From: a virus
Taxonomy: Duplodnaviria > Caudoviricetes
Strand: one strand, 5' to 3'
Length of the DNA stretch: 57,479 nt
IMG/VR virus record: IMGVR_UViG_3300036790_000341
Coordinates: 1-57,479 of that record
Position 1 is the first letter of the stretch, and every line of letters starts with the position of its first letter. The position numbers and the translations under genes are program-made. The notes under the pieces are model-generated. The model saw only the letters and a program-made list of their open reading frames with translations. It made no database searches and had not been told where the DNA came from. Below are positions 1 to 8,407 of this stretch, piece after piece.

Positions 1-6
1 CCCAGA

Positions 7-36
7 CTTGACAGGTGGGCAAGATGGTGGGGTAAT
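7..36 (+). promoter_or_regulatory. Promoter/operator: TTGACA -35 inside the 17-bp pseudo-palindrome CTTGACAGGTGGGCAAG
   Basis: TTGACA at 8-13, weak -10 GGTAAT after 17 nt; motif recurs at 18678, 19055, 49199, 56498. Confidence 0.6.
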
Positions 37-44
37 GGGGGCAA

Positions 45-128
45 GCCTTTCGAGCTCGGCGGAACGAGCACCGGCCCCACATCCCCGGGGGCCGGAAGGA
101 GTCGGTTCAACCCCGGCGCAAGGCACCA
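45..128 (+). ncRNA. tRNA-like RNA with enlarged anticodon arm and encoded CCA
   Basis: Acceptor GCCTTTC/GCAAGGC, D arm GCTC/GAGC, T arm GTCGG-TTCAACC-CCGGC, 3' ACCA; anticodon arm is an 8-bp stem with a 9-nt loop. Confidence 0.7.
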
Positions 129-171
129 GGCCGGTCCCGCGGACCGGTCGAAGGGGACGCGATAGCGACCC

Positions 172-255
172 TGGGACCTGGTGTAACGGCAGCACGCCCC
201 GCAGGGCCCCGGCCCGTTGGGGGAGGTGTCCGGTTCGAGTCCGGGCGGTCCACGA
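172..255 (+). ncRNA. tRNA-like RNA (tRNA-Gln-like D arm) without a canonical anticodon loop
   Basis: TGGTGTAACGGCAGCAC D arm, TCCGG-TTCGAGT-CCGGG T arm, GGACC/GGTCC acceptor pairing; anticodon arm is a long GC hairpin; ends ACGA, not CCA. Confidence 0.65.
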
Positions 256-294
256 CAGAGCACGGCCGACGCGACGACGAAGAGGTCGAACCCC

Positions 295-483
295 ATGATG
301 ATGAAGATGACCGTCCACGAGCTGGACCGGATCGCCGAGCTGGTGCACCTGCAGGCCGACACCCTGGCCGAGGAGGGCGACCTCGAGGCCGCGGCGCCGG
401 CGGCGAACCTCGCCGCGCGGCTGGACCAGGTGCGCGAGTCCGGGCGCCGGCGCGGCACGGACGTCCCCGTCCTGGTCGTGTGA
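295..483 (+). CDS. Hypothetical protein (62 aa)
   Basis: GAAGAGG upstream of ATG 295; GC3-rich codons; upstream ORF extension overlaps the tRNA-like RNA. Confidence 0.7.
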   Translation: MMMKMTVHELDRIAELVHLQADTLAEEGDLEAAAPAANLAARLDQVRESGRRRGTDVPVLVV

Positions 484-498
484 CACGAGGGCCGTACT

Positions 499-548
499 GA
501 ACGCACCGACGCCATGACCACTGATGCGGTCATGGCGTCGGTGCGTTC
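499..548. terminator. Bidirectional terminator-like hairpin
   Basis: Perfect 21-bp inverted repeat GAACGCACCGACGCCATGACC between converging genes. Confidence 0.8.
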
Positions 549-569
549 GCGCTTGCCGGGCGCGGCCTG

Positions 570-878
570 CTACCTGAGGTCCTTCTCCTCGGTGCCCTGG
601 TAGCGGGCGCGGGCCTGGGCCGAGACCTGGTCGGCGATGTGCCAGTACCGGTTGAGCCGGTCGTCCTCGCGGGCCTGGCGGCTCGAGAGGTACCGGACCG
701 CGGCGGTGATCAGGATGCTGGGGTCGGTCTCGGTGTTGCGCTGGTGGGCCATGATCGCGTAGATCATGGAGGCCGGGAGGGCGCCGCGGGCGCCGGACGC
801 GGCGAGCCACGCCAGGGCGTCGGCGAGCTGCCGCGACGGCGTCGGCAGCCCCGGCTCCATCTCCCGGAAGTCGGTCAA
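570..878 (-). CDS. Hypothetical protein
   Basis: TTG start overlapping upstream TGA; protein-like composition from LTDFREMEP onward. Confidence 0.6.
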   Translation of the reverse strand: MTDFREMEPGLPTPSRQLADALAWLAASGARGALPASMIYAIMAHQRNTETDPSILITAAVRYLSSRQAREDDRLNRYWHIADQVSAQARARYQGTEEKDLR

Positions 879-1378
879 GGACGGCGCCCGTACTCGCGGA
901 CGTACACCGCGGCCAGCGCGAGGACCGCGGCCTGGATGCACGGATACTTCTCCGCACGCACCTGCCCGAGGGCGGCTTCCTCGATCTGGTCGAGGTTCTC
1001 GGCTGTGGAGAGCCAGCAGCCGAGCTCGAGGGCCTCGGTGTCGCCGATCGTACGGTCCTGGGCGCGGGCGTACCTGCGGCCCTTCGCGATCAGGCTGTTC
1101 GAGCCCGGGGCCGTGACCGCGGCCTCGGCCAGCGGCGCGTAGGCGTCGATCCACTTGCGCACCCACTGCGAGAAGTCCGGGGGGCCGGGCGGGTCGAGGA
1201 ACGGGGCGGTGGGGTGCGGGATCGCCGGACGCGTCTGCGCTACGGCGCCCGGGTTCCGGAATTCGGACCCGGGAGCGGGTTCCGGAAGGACTTCGGTGAC
1301 GCGCTCGGGGATCAGCGCAGCCGCCTCGTCGCCGTCGATGGCGGTCATCAGCTCGGTGTTGCCGTCCTTGACGCTCAT
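875..1378 (-). CDS. Hypothetical protein
   Basis: ATG 1378 in ATGA overlap; operon tiling. Confidence 0.65.
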   Translation of the reverse strand: MSVKDGNTELMTAIDGDEAAALIPERVTEVLPEPAPGSEFRNPGAVAQTRPAIPHPTAPFLDPPGPPDFSQWVRKWIDAYAPLAEAAVTAPGSNSLIAKGRRYARAQDRTIGDTEALELGCWLSTAENLDQIEEAALGQVRAEKYPCIQAAVLALAAVYVREYGRRP

Positions 1379-1605
1379 GCCAGGATCACCTCTACCCAGT
1401 CGAGTTCCGGACTGTCCGGATGGACGTGCCACGTGGTGGCCTTCACGTCGTGCGGGACGCCGCGCACGGACACGGCCGAGCCGGCCGCGGGCGCCGGGGC
1501 AGTGAATAATGTGGCGGCAGCCGCGCCGTCGGCACCGGGCCGGGCGAACCGCATGACGACCCTGACCGGTTCGGCGTCGTCCTCGGCCTCGTACTCGAAC
1601 CTCAC
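1375..1605 (-). CDS. Hypothetical protein
   Basis: GTGA overlap with upstream gene. Confidence 0.6.
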   Translation of the reverse strand: MRFEYEAEDDAEPVRVVMRFARPGADGAAAATLFTAPAPAAGSAVSVRGVPHDVKATTWHVHPDSPELDWVEVILA

Positions 1606-1979
1606 GGCAGGTACTCGGTCCAGCCGCACGCGAGCATCAGCGGCAGCGGGTCGCCGTCGAACCCGGTGAACCAGGGCCTGCTGTACCGGCTGCTCGGCGC
1701 GCCGGCCGACCTGGTGTTGAAGTGCTCGAGCAGCGGGCCCTGCGGGTCGACGTGGATGCCGGGCAGCTCCAGGTTGGCGGTGCCGGCGAAGTTCCAGTAC
1801 CGGCGCTTCACGTCGACCATCGGGCCGGCGCCGTGCCCCTCCTCGCGGTACAGCTCGATACAGGCCGTCTCGTCACCGCCGGGGATCGCGCCCATCTCGA
1901 CCTCGCGCACCAGCAGCACGCCGAACGAGCCGAAACCGCTGGCGCCGTGGGTGACGGTGCACCACTGCTTGACCTTCAC
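1602..1979 (-). CDS. Hypothetical protein
   Basis: GAGGAG RBS, GTGA overlap. Confidence 0.7.
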   Translation of the reverse strand: MKVKQWCTVTHGASGFGSFGVLLVREVEMGAIPGGDETACIELYREEGHGAGPMVDVKRRYWNFAGTANLELPGIHVDPQGPLLEHFNTRSAGAPSSRYSRPWFTGFDGDPLPLMLACGWTEYLP

Positions 1980-2608
1980 CGGTACTCCTCGTGGTGCGGC
2001 CAGATGAACGGCATGACTTCCGGCGACGAGGCGAGGTGGTCGCGCTCGCGGCGCATCAGGTACTCGTGGACGGCCTTCGCGTTGAGCGCGTCGCTGAGCG
2101 CGTTGTGCTCAGGCCCGACCAGCGGCACCGGCGGCTCGCTCAGGTCACAGCATGTTCTGGCCGCTTCCTGCTGGATGTCGAAGGTGGCCATGGGGAATCC
2201 GTCGGGCAGATCGGCCATCCGGCCGAACAGTTGCGCGTAGACCACGTGGTCGTAGGCCGAGAAATCGGCCCACAGCTGGGGCGACGGGGTGGCCGCGATG
2301 AAGTCTTTGACACGGCGCGCGATCTCGGGGCGGTGGTGCACGGCGGCGCGCAGGTAGTCCGGGTGCTTCTTGTCCCACTCCCAGGCCCACCGGTAGCCGA
2401 ATGAGTCCCTACCGCGGTCCCACATCCGGATCGGGAGGTGGGCGGCGACGTTCTCGCGCAGCCACGTGTCGTTGACCGTGCGGGAGATGGCGCCGTGGTC
2501 GGTGTTGACGAGATACAGGCTGTCGCCGTCCTCTCGGACCATGCCGATCGACAGCAGCTCGATGACGTGGCCGTCTTCCACGAATTCTGAATCCACGTAG
2601 ATCCGCAT
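1976..2608 (-). CDS. 3'-5' exoribonuclease, Rv2179c/RNase AS-like (DEDDh)
   Basis: YVDSEFVEDG..ELLSIGMVREDG, WLRENV, LWADFSAYDHV..QLFG.M..LP, HNALSDA. Confidence 0.85.
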   Translation of the reverse strand: MRIYVDSEFVEDGHVIELLSIGMVREDGDSLYLVNTDHGAISRTVNDTWLRENVAAHLPIRMWDRGRDSFGYRWAWEWDKKHPDYLRAAVHHRPEIARRVKDFIAATPSPQLWADFSAYDHVVYAQLFGRMADLPDGFPMATFDIQQEAARTCCDLSEPPVPLVGPEHNALSDALNAKAVHEYLMRRERDHLASSPEVMPFIWPHHEEYR

Positions 2609-2853
2609 CAGCCTGTTTCCACCCATTTCTTCAGTTCGTCGATGGAGCACTGGGCGATGGTGCCCAGGCAGGCTGTGAGCCTGCCGATCAGGATCGCCGT
2701 CTCCTTGGGGCCCAGGCGCGCCTTCACGGTGTGGCGCCCGGTGTGGCGGTCGTGGTAGGTCAGGGAGAGTTGAGTCTCGAGGGTGTCGGGCAGCAGGTCG
2801 ACCAGGATGTCGCCGAGCGCGGCGGCCGCCTCTTCGGGTGCGTCGGCGCTCAC
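2608..2853 (-). CDS. Hypothetical protein
   Basis: GTGA overlap; operon tiling. Confidence 0.6.
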   Translation of the reverse strand: MSADAPEEAAAALGDILVDLLPDTLETQLSLTYHDRHTGRHTVKARLGPKETAILIGRLTACLGTIAQCSIDELKKWVETG

Positions 2854-3176
2854 GGTGCGCCCCCGGCCTTCATGGTGATCTTGTAGGGTGCCGGGCGGCC
2901 GGCGCGCAGCCGCAGGGTCAGCGGCCCGTACTCGCCGTGCACGTACTCGGCGCTCCGGTTGACCGCCCTGGCCGGCGGGTAGCCGGTGCTGTTGCACAGG
3001 GCGAGGCGAGGGCCGTCCTGGGTGTCCACGACGGCCCAGTCGTCGCCGGCTGTGTCGGTCCACCGGTCGTCGAGCCGCGGCTTGGACATGCCGAGGTCGA
3101 CGGGGATGGGGCGCGACACGGGGCCGGCCGGATCGGTGTCCACGTACATCACTCTTCCCTGGGTGAAGGTGCCCAC
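2850..3176 (-). CDS. Hypothetical protein
   Basis: ORF tiling; alternative ATG at 3149. Confidence 0.6.
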   Translation of the reverse strand: MGTFTQGRVMYVDTDPAGPVSRPIPVDLGMSKPRLDDRWTDTAGDDWAVVDTQDGPRLALCNSTGYPPARAVNRSAEYVHGEYGPLTLRLRAGRPAPYKITMKAGGAP

Positions 3177-3180
3177 GGGC

Positions 3181-3375
3181 TCAGCCGCCTGTGGTTCGGC
3201 AGAACTCGGAGCGCCGGTAGGTGCCCACGAGGCCGGAGGGGTGCAGGGCGATGCCGTACCGGCGCCGCGGCCAGCGCCCGTAGATCCCGACGACGGTACC
3301 GGGTCGTCGCTCCCAGCCGTCGATGCCGCGGTCGCGCAGGACCGCGACCTTCTCGCCGGGCTCGACCCTACTCAT
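3181..3375 (-). CDS. Small hypothetical protein
   Basis: ORF tiling. Confidence 0.55.
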   Translation of the reverse strand: MSRVEPGEKVAVLRDRGIDGWERRPGTVVGIYGRWPRRRYGIALHPSGLVGTYRRSEFCRTTGG

Positions 3376-3589
3376 CGTCCGGGTCCCTTGGCCAGAGCGT
3401 GTCGCTGTCCACGACGAACCGCGGCCCGGAGGGCGTCACGGCGCGCACCAGCACTCGGTCGCGCTTGACGCCTTCGACGACTGCCTGACGCGCCGTGATG
3501 GTGCCCAGCTCAGTCAGGACCTCCACCCAGCACAGGTCGCCGACCTGCCAGGGCGTGACCACAGGGTGGGCCGGTCTACGTCCGAACAT
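3368..3589 (-). CDS. Small hypothetical protein
   Basis: GAGGA RBS before ATG 3589. Confidence 0.6.
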   Translation of the reverse strand: MFGRRPAHPVVTPWQVGDLCWVEVLTELGTITARQAVVEGVKRDRVLVRAVTPSGPRFVVDSDTLWPRDPDDE

Positions 3590-3854
3590 CCTCTTCCTCC
3601 TCGTCTGCCACGGTGGCGACTTCCCACACCACGTGCTCGTCGTTCCACCACTCCCGGTGGTACTCGGTGACCAGATGGGCGCCCTGGGCGACGAACAGCC
3701 AGCCGCCTTTCTCGGGTCCGTGCGCCCGCTCGTGCAGGGCGGCGAGAATCCGTTCGGCCAGCACGGTGGCATCGGGCTCGCCGAGCCTCCACATCGGGTC
3801 CTTGCGGATCGCCTTCTCGATCAGCTCCTGGAGCTGATCGTCAGCCTTACTCAT
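3576..3854 (-). CDS. Hypothetical protein
   Basis: ORF tiling; acidic C-terminus similar in style to neighbour 3847-4125. Confidence 0.65.
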   Translation of the reverse strand: MSKADDQLQELIEKAIRKDPMWRLGEPDATVLAERILAALHERAHGPEKGGWLFVAQGAHLVTEYHREWWNDEHVVWEVATVADEEEEDVRT

Positions 3855-4125
3855 CGTCGGTCTCGTCGTCGTGGGTGGACACCATCCAGATCGTGAACGG
3901 GCCGTCGCCGTCTTCGTCGTTCCCGGCGTGGTCGGTCTCCTTGATGCGGTATACGTCGCCGCTCCGGATCAGCCAGGAGAAGCCGTCCTTGTAGCTCTGA
4001 CTGAATTCCTTCAGGTCTGCCACGATCTGCTCGGCCAGGGCCTCGGCCGAATCGATCTGGGTGTCGCAGACGCGCCACGCGGTTCCTGCGATCAGTTGGG
4101 CGAGCTGCTGCTCGGCGGTGCTCAC
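3847..4125 (-). CDS. Hypothetical protein
   Basis: AGGAG RBS, GTGA overlap. Confidence 0.65.
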   Translation of the reverse strand: MSTAEQQLAQLIAGTAWRVCDTQIDSAEALAEQIVADLKEFSQSYKDGFSWLIRSGDVYRIKETDHAGNDEDGDGPFTIWMVSTHDDETDDE

Positions 4126-4502
4126 TGTTTGTCTCCTGTTCTGGGCCGCAGCCACGAGTTGATGGTTTCGTGGGTGCCGTCGTCGTGCCGGATCAGGTAC
4201 GGCTTTGCTGTGCGCGCGGCACGGTACTCCTCGGTCGGGTTCGCGAACGGCGGCAGCGTGCTCTTGTTCAGGAGCCCGGTGCGCAAGGCGACGGCGACGG
4301 CGCCCGCGGTGGGCCGGGAGCAGCGGCCGGATACGCCTAGTTTGCGTGCGATGTTGTATTTGCAGATTTTGACCGCGTAGGGCGGCATGTCCAGGATTGC
4401 GGCGAGTGTGAAGCCGTCGCTTCCGTGGATGGCGATGGCGGTGAGGACTGCGAGCTCTTGTTTGCTGAGCGGGGTGTCGGGCGCGGGGTCGCGTCGTCCC
4501 AT
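4122..4502 (-). CDS. LuxR-type HTH DNA-binding protein
   Basis: LSKQELAVL..IA..G....LAAIL......VK....NIARKLGV...AVAVALRTGLL follows the LuxR HTH pattern. Confidence 0.7.
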   Translation of the reverse strand: MGRRDPAPDTPLSKQELAVLTAIAIHGSDGFTLAAILDMPPYAVKICKYNIARKLGVSGRCSRPTAGAVAVALRTGLLNKSTLPPFANPTEEYRAARTAKPYLIRHDDGTHETINSWLRPRTGDKQ

Positions 4503-4507
4503 GACGG

Positions 4508-4711
4508 TTACCGTCCGCGCAGTGCGCGGCGGATGATGCGGGCGACCTGGGCGGCGGCGGCGAAGGTGATGCCGGTGGTGGCGCAGGCCAGTATCCCGGC
4601 GCCCCCGATCTCGGCGGATGCGGCCCACAGGCCGGTGGCTGTCGCGAACATGGCGGTGCCGGCCGCGATGGTCGAGGCGACTGTCGCGATCGCGCCTGCG
4701 AACTCCCACAC
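4508..4711 (-). CDS. Small membrane protein
   Basis: GGGGAG RBS; two hydrophobic Ala-rich segments. Confidence 0.55.
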   Translation of the reverse strand: MWEFAGAIATVASTIAAGTAMFATATGLWAASAEIGGAGILACATTGITFAAAAQVARIIRRALRGR

Positions 4712-4785
4712 GTTGGCTGTTCTCCCCTGGTGAGTCGTTTTGATTTGATCTTGGCAGAGTCGGGGGCGCGACGGCCGGTGCGACG

Positions 4786-4998
4786 CTACTGGCCGAGGGT
4801 GCGCAGTGCCTGCTGGGGTGTGACGCAGGCGAGCAGCTCGTGCAGGATGCCCTTGGGGATGTCGTAGCGGATCGCTTCATCCTCGGGGAAGAACGATGCG
4901 CTGTTGATGCGGCCGATGATCCGGGTGCTGCAGATGTGGACGCGTCCGACGCCGGTCTTGGTCAGGTTGTCGTGGTGGTGGGTGAGCCGGTGGTACAT
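4786..4998 (-). CDS. Hypothetical protein
   Basis: TGATG overlap, GGAG RBS. Confidence 0.6.
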   Translation of the reverse strand: MYHRLTHHHDNLTKTGVGRVHICSTRIIGRINSASFFPEDEAIRYDIPKGILHELLACVTPQQALRTLGQ

Positions 4999-5384
4999 CA
5001 GTCGTCTCCGTCGTCGGGGTCGCCCTTGGTTTCGGGGTGCAGGTCGAGGCCCAGGTCGATGGCGATCGCGCGCACGGCCGTATGGGCGTCGGTGTTCCCC
5101 GCGATCCACTGCTCGGCCAGGGCCCGGATCTTGACCTTCTGCAAGGCGGTGATGGGCTCCGGGTGACTGGTGTCGCCCCGGGGGCCGTCCGGGATGGCAC
5201 CGCGCACCCGCAGGCGTTGGACGACCTTCACGTCCTGGCCGAAGGAGGCGCACCACAGCTTGGCGTCCATGGCGCCCGGGTCGAGCTGCTCGACCTGCCG
5301 GGCGAACGCCAGCACGTCGTTCAAGGTGATGCCGCGCGAGTCCCCGGCCTCGACCGTGTACTGGGCTCCTGTGGATGCGGTCAT
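4998..5384 (-). CDS. Hypothetical protein
   Basis: AAGGGA RBS; ORF tiling. Confidence 0.65.
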   Translation of the reverse strand: MTASTGAQYTVEAGDSRGITLNDVLAFARQVEQLDPGAMDAKLWCASFGQDVKVVQRLRVRGAIPDGPRGDTSHPEPITALQKVKIRALAEQWIAGNTDAHTAVRAIAIDLGLDLHPETKGDPDDGDD

Positions 5385-5409
5385 AGCGGTGATCCCTTCT
5401 CGTGACTGG

Positions 5410-5580
5410 TCATCCGTCGAATTCCTTGAGGTGGGTGCCGCAGCGGCGGCAGGTGCGGGTGCGGTAGAACGCGCCGCGGCCTGCGTGGATCCAGGTGGTC
5501 CACGAGGCCGTGTCGCCGATGGACGCTCCGATGAGGGGAGCGGGGTGGCCGAGGAGGGCGCAGCGGGCCTTGCCGAGCAT
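5410..5580 (-). CDS. Small Cys/His protein (C..LGH...CRRC)
   Basis: GGAGG RBS, TGATG overlap; motif typical of small phage Zn-binding proteins. Confidence 0.55.
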   Translation of the reverse strand: MLGKARCALLGHPAPLIGASIGDTASWTTWIHAGRGAFYRTRTCRRCGTHLKEFDG

Positions 5581-5765
5581 CAGGTGACCTCCGCTAGTCC
5601 GACGCACAGCTGCATGATTCCGACGATGCCCGCGCAGAACACGGCGAGCTCGAGGAGCAGGGCGCTGGCGGGATGCTCGTTGAACCACTGCTGCATCTTC
5701 TTGTCGAGGACGATCACGGCGGCGAGTACGGCCAGGAGGGCGGCGCCGATGGCCAGGTGTGTCAC
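5580..5765 (-). CDS. Small two-TM membrane protein
   Basis: Two hydrophobic helices; GTGA overlap. Confidence 0.6.
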   Translation of the reverse strand: MTHLAIGAALLAVLAAVIVLDKKMQQWFNEHPASALLLELAVFCAGIVGIMQLCVGLAEVT

Positions 5766-6058
5766 GGGCGGCGCGTCCTGCCGGGCCGGTCGAGCCACGC
5801 GGCGCCCCTGGCGCCGGGGGCGAGCCACAGCCATCCGGCGTCGGCGTCGTGGGTCAGTTCGAGCCATCCGGCGTCGGCTGCGGCGGTGATCTCGTCCTGG
5901 GTGAACATCATCTGCCCGATCCGGATCAGCGGGTAAGCGGAGCCGGGGATGCGTTCGGAGGCGACGCGGGCCCTGCGGTCGGGGTCGCCGTGCTTCTCGA
6001 CCAGCATCAGGATGCCGCCGGCGGTCAGCGGGGGCGCTTCGGGGGCCGTAGTGTCCAC
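5762..6058 (-). CDS. Hypothetical protein
   Basis: TAGTG overlap; tiling. Confidence 0.55.
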   Translation of the reverse strand: MDTTAPEAPPLTAGGILMLVEKHGDPDRRARVASERIPGSAYPLIRIGQMMFTQDEITAAADAGWLELTHDADAGWLWLAPGARGAAWLDRPGRTRRP

Positions 6059-6504
6059 TACGGGGCGACCAGCTCGCCGGCGGGAGTGTCTTCGGCGCGG
6101 GGGGCGAAGCGGGCGAGCTGCTCGAGCAGCTGCTTCACGAGGGGTTCGCCGGCGACGTAGCTCTCGGCAGTGGGCACGTCGGCCAGGAGCCGGGTGTACA
6201 GCGCGCGGGCAGAGGCGGCCAGCCAGCCGTCGAGGGGCGCCCAGGCCATGACGTCCGGGTCGAGCAGGTGCCAGTGGTCGGAGGGGCTGATGCGGATGCC
6301 GACGTTGGGTTTGCTGGTCAGCAGCCCCTTGGTGGTGAGGGTGACGAGGGCTTCGCGGACCGCGGTGCGGGAGACTCCGTAGCGCTTCTGGATGTCGTCG
6401 GCGACGAAGCGGTAGCCGACGGGGAGCACGCCGGTGAGGATGTCGCGGCCCATCTGTTCGGAGATCATGTAGGAGAGGTTTCGCTGCATGCCGTCGAGGT
6501 TCAC
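6058..6504 (-). CDS. GntR-family (FadR-like) winged-helix regulator, short
   Basis: ILTG.LPVG.R......YGVSRTAVREAL..L..KGL..SKPNVG; WHLLDPDV; AGGAG RBS. Confidence 0.85.
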   Translation of the reverse strand: MNLDGMQRNLSYMISEQMGRDILTGVLPVGYRFVADDIQKRYGVSRTAVREALVTLTTKGLLTSKPNVGIRISPSDHWHLLDPDVMAWAPLDGWLAASARALYTRLLADVPTAESYVAGEPLVKQLLEQLARFAPRAEDTPAGELVAP

Positions 6505-6549
6505 GCGGGGTTTCTCCTGGGGGTTGCTGCGAATGTTGTCGTGCCGACT

Positions 6550-6578
6550 ATCCTACCACTCGGGTTGACTGTAGGGAA
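6550..6578 (-). promoter_or_regulatory. Putative promoter for the GntR-led operon
   Basis: TTCCCT-N17-TAGGAT on minus strand. Confidence 0.45.
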
Positions 6579-6608
6579 GGTCCCGGGCGCGGTGCGGACG
6601 GATACGTT

Positions 6609-6644
6609 GAGACCCCGTGCGCCGGTGGGGACGCACGGGGTCTC
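6609..6644 (-). terminator. Terminator-like hairpin downstream of ro60
   Basis: 13-bp inverted repeat GAGACCCCGTGCG/CGCACGGGGTCTC. Confidence 0.7.
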
Positions 6645-6697
6645 GACGGGCCGTGCTCGCGGCGCGGCCTACACGGGTCGGACACCTCGAACTGTCC

Positions 6698-8407
6698 TTA
6701 GCTCACCGTGTCCTCGGGATCGGCCGCAGCGCCAACTGCGGTACCGATGAAACTCGCGATCAGGGTCGCCAGGTGGCTGTCGAACCCTGCGATGTTCAAG
6801 ACGCCCCCGTCCTGCGGATCGACGACCTGGTAGCCGTTGGCGGTGGTCGCGGCCACCACCACCCGGGCCGCGGGATTCACGACGCGCCGGTAGTCGCGCA
6901 GGACCGCGGACGGGTGGCCGCCGGCCCAGGTCACGTTGTCCGTGATCAGCACGAAGCCGTCCACGTGCAGCCGATTCGCCAGAGCCCAGGCGATCGGGGA
7001 GCCGATGTCGGTGCCGCCTCCGGTGTGCGGCAGGTTGAACACCTCGGACAGGGACATGTCCTCGCGCAGCTTGGACGCCAGGACCTCGGTGTCGAACTCG
7101 ACCGGCCACACGCCGGCCGAGCCGTGGGTGCGCATCAGGATCTGCGCCACCGCGCTGCCGACGTGGTAGGCCGAGCCCAGCATGGAGCCGCCGGAGACGA
7201 CCTGGTTTCCCATGGAGCCGGACTTGTCGACCGCGACCACGAGCTTGGCGTGGTAGTTCTCGGCCACGGCGAACGACAGGTTGTAGGCAGCGTTGAGTGC
7301 AGTGACGACTTCCGGAACCGGGGTCCAGGTGCGCAGCGGGGCGTTCGGGTTGGGCTGCGCCCGGCCGGACTCGTAGACCTTCAGGGCGAGCAGCAGGTCG
7401 AACGGGTGGATGCGGGCGCGGTACAGCGCCGCCTGATCGGTCAGGCGAGCCGCGACGCGGCCGTTGGACTGCTTGAACGGGCCGAGGGCGCCGTTCTGCG
7501 TCATCCGGGACAGGTTGCGGATCAGCGCAGTCAGCCCCAGGTGCGGGACCAGGGCCTCCCAGACCTCCGGGTGCTTCAGGACGGCGTCGGGCAGGAACTC
7601 CCACGGGACGCCGTACAGGTTGATCGCGCGCACGGCCTTGGCCGGGGTGTCGGCGAGCTGCGCCTCGTGGAACGCCTTGGCGTTCGGCAGCAGCCTGCCG
7701 GCGTGTTCGGGGGTCGTCTTGCCGACCGCTAGGGCGAACAGGACCTCTTCGGCCTCGTTGCGCGGCCGCGGCCGGGCCACGCGCAGCAGGTCTCCGGGCT
7801 TGAACGGCTCGCCGTCGCCGGTCTTGCGGGCACGGGACTTCAGCAGCCGGTAGGCGACGGCGTCCGGGTTGTCCTGGATGAACCAGTTCGTCCAGGCGCG
7901 GCGCACGACCGGGCTGCTGTTGCCCGAGCGTCCGGTGCGGCCCGACGGCTTGCCCTTCAAGTTCTTGTAGTAGCCGAAGAGCCGGGCCAGGTGGTCGGTG
8001 GTGCGGGCGACCATGTGGCATGCGCCGGCCGCGGCCTGCCGGGTCGCCAGGTCCTCGGATGCCAGGGCGGCCGCGAGGACGAACAGGGCCGGCTGGTTCC
8101 TCGGCGCGCGGGCCGGGCGCGCGGTGGAGACCTCGACGGCGAGCCGCACGGCGCGGACACCGTCGGCCGCGAGCGCGTCGCGCACCACCTGCACGTTGGC
8201 GTAGGTGTGCTCGCGCTCGCCGACGCAGTAGGCGCCGCCCTCGGTGCCGAGGATCAGGAAGTCCGCCAGGCGCGTCCACACGTCCTTCGCGAAGACATAC
8301 CCGCCGCCTTCGTTGCGGACCATCTCCGTCTCGCGGCCCGGGATCGGGTTCGTCGCCGGTGTACTGGCGGGGCGGTAGTCGGACAGCGGATCGTTGGTCT
8401 GGGCCAT
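6698..8407 (-). CDS. rsr: Ro60/TROVE-domain RNA-binding protein with C-terminal vWA domain (569 aa)
   Basis: NEGGGYVF, FLILGTEGGAY, ALIRNLSRMT, ARIHPF, MIDAS VDKSGSM, GGTD, ITDN, AGFDS; AGGAG RBS before ATG 8407. Confidence 0.95.
   Translation of the reverse strand: MAQTNDPLSDYRPASTPATNPIPGRETEMVRNEGGGYVFAKDVWTRLADFLILGTEGGAYCVGEREHTYANVQVVRDALAADGVRAVRLAVEVSTARPARAPRNQPALFVLAAALASEDLATRQAAAGACHMVARTTDHLARLFGYYKNLKGKPSGRTGRSGNSSPVVRRAWTNWFIQDNPDAVAYRLLKSRARKTGDGEPFKPGDLLRVARPRPRNEAEEVLFALAVGKTTPEHAGRLLPNAKAFHEAQLADTPAKAVRAINLYGVPWEFLPDAVLKHPEVWEALVPHLGLTALIRNLSRMTQNGALGPFKQSNGRVAARLTDQAALYRARIHPFDLLLALKVYESGRAQPNPNAPLRTWTPVPEVVTALNAAYNLSFAVAENYHAKLVVAVDKSGSMGNQVVSGGSMLGSAYHVGSAVAQILMRTHGSAGVWPVEFDTEVLASKLREDMSLSEVFNLPHTGGGTDIGSPIAWALANRLHVDGFVLITDNVTWAGGHPSAVLRDYRRVVNPAARVVVAATTANGYQVVDPQDGGVLNIAGFDSHLATLIASFIGTAVGAAADPEDTVS

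Noticed and set aside
8-298. 96-aa ORF at the window start
   Set aside because: Starts inside the -35 box and overlaps two tRNA-like structures; low-information Arg/Pro composition
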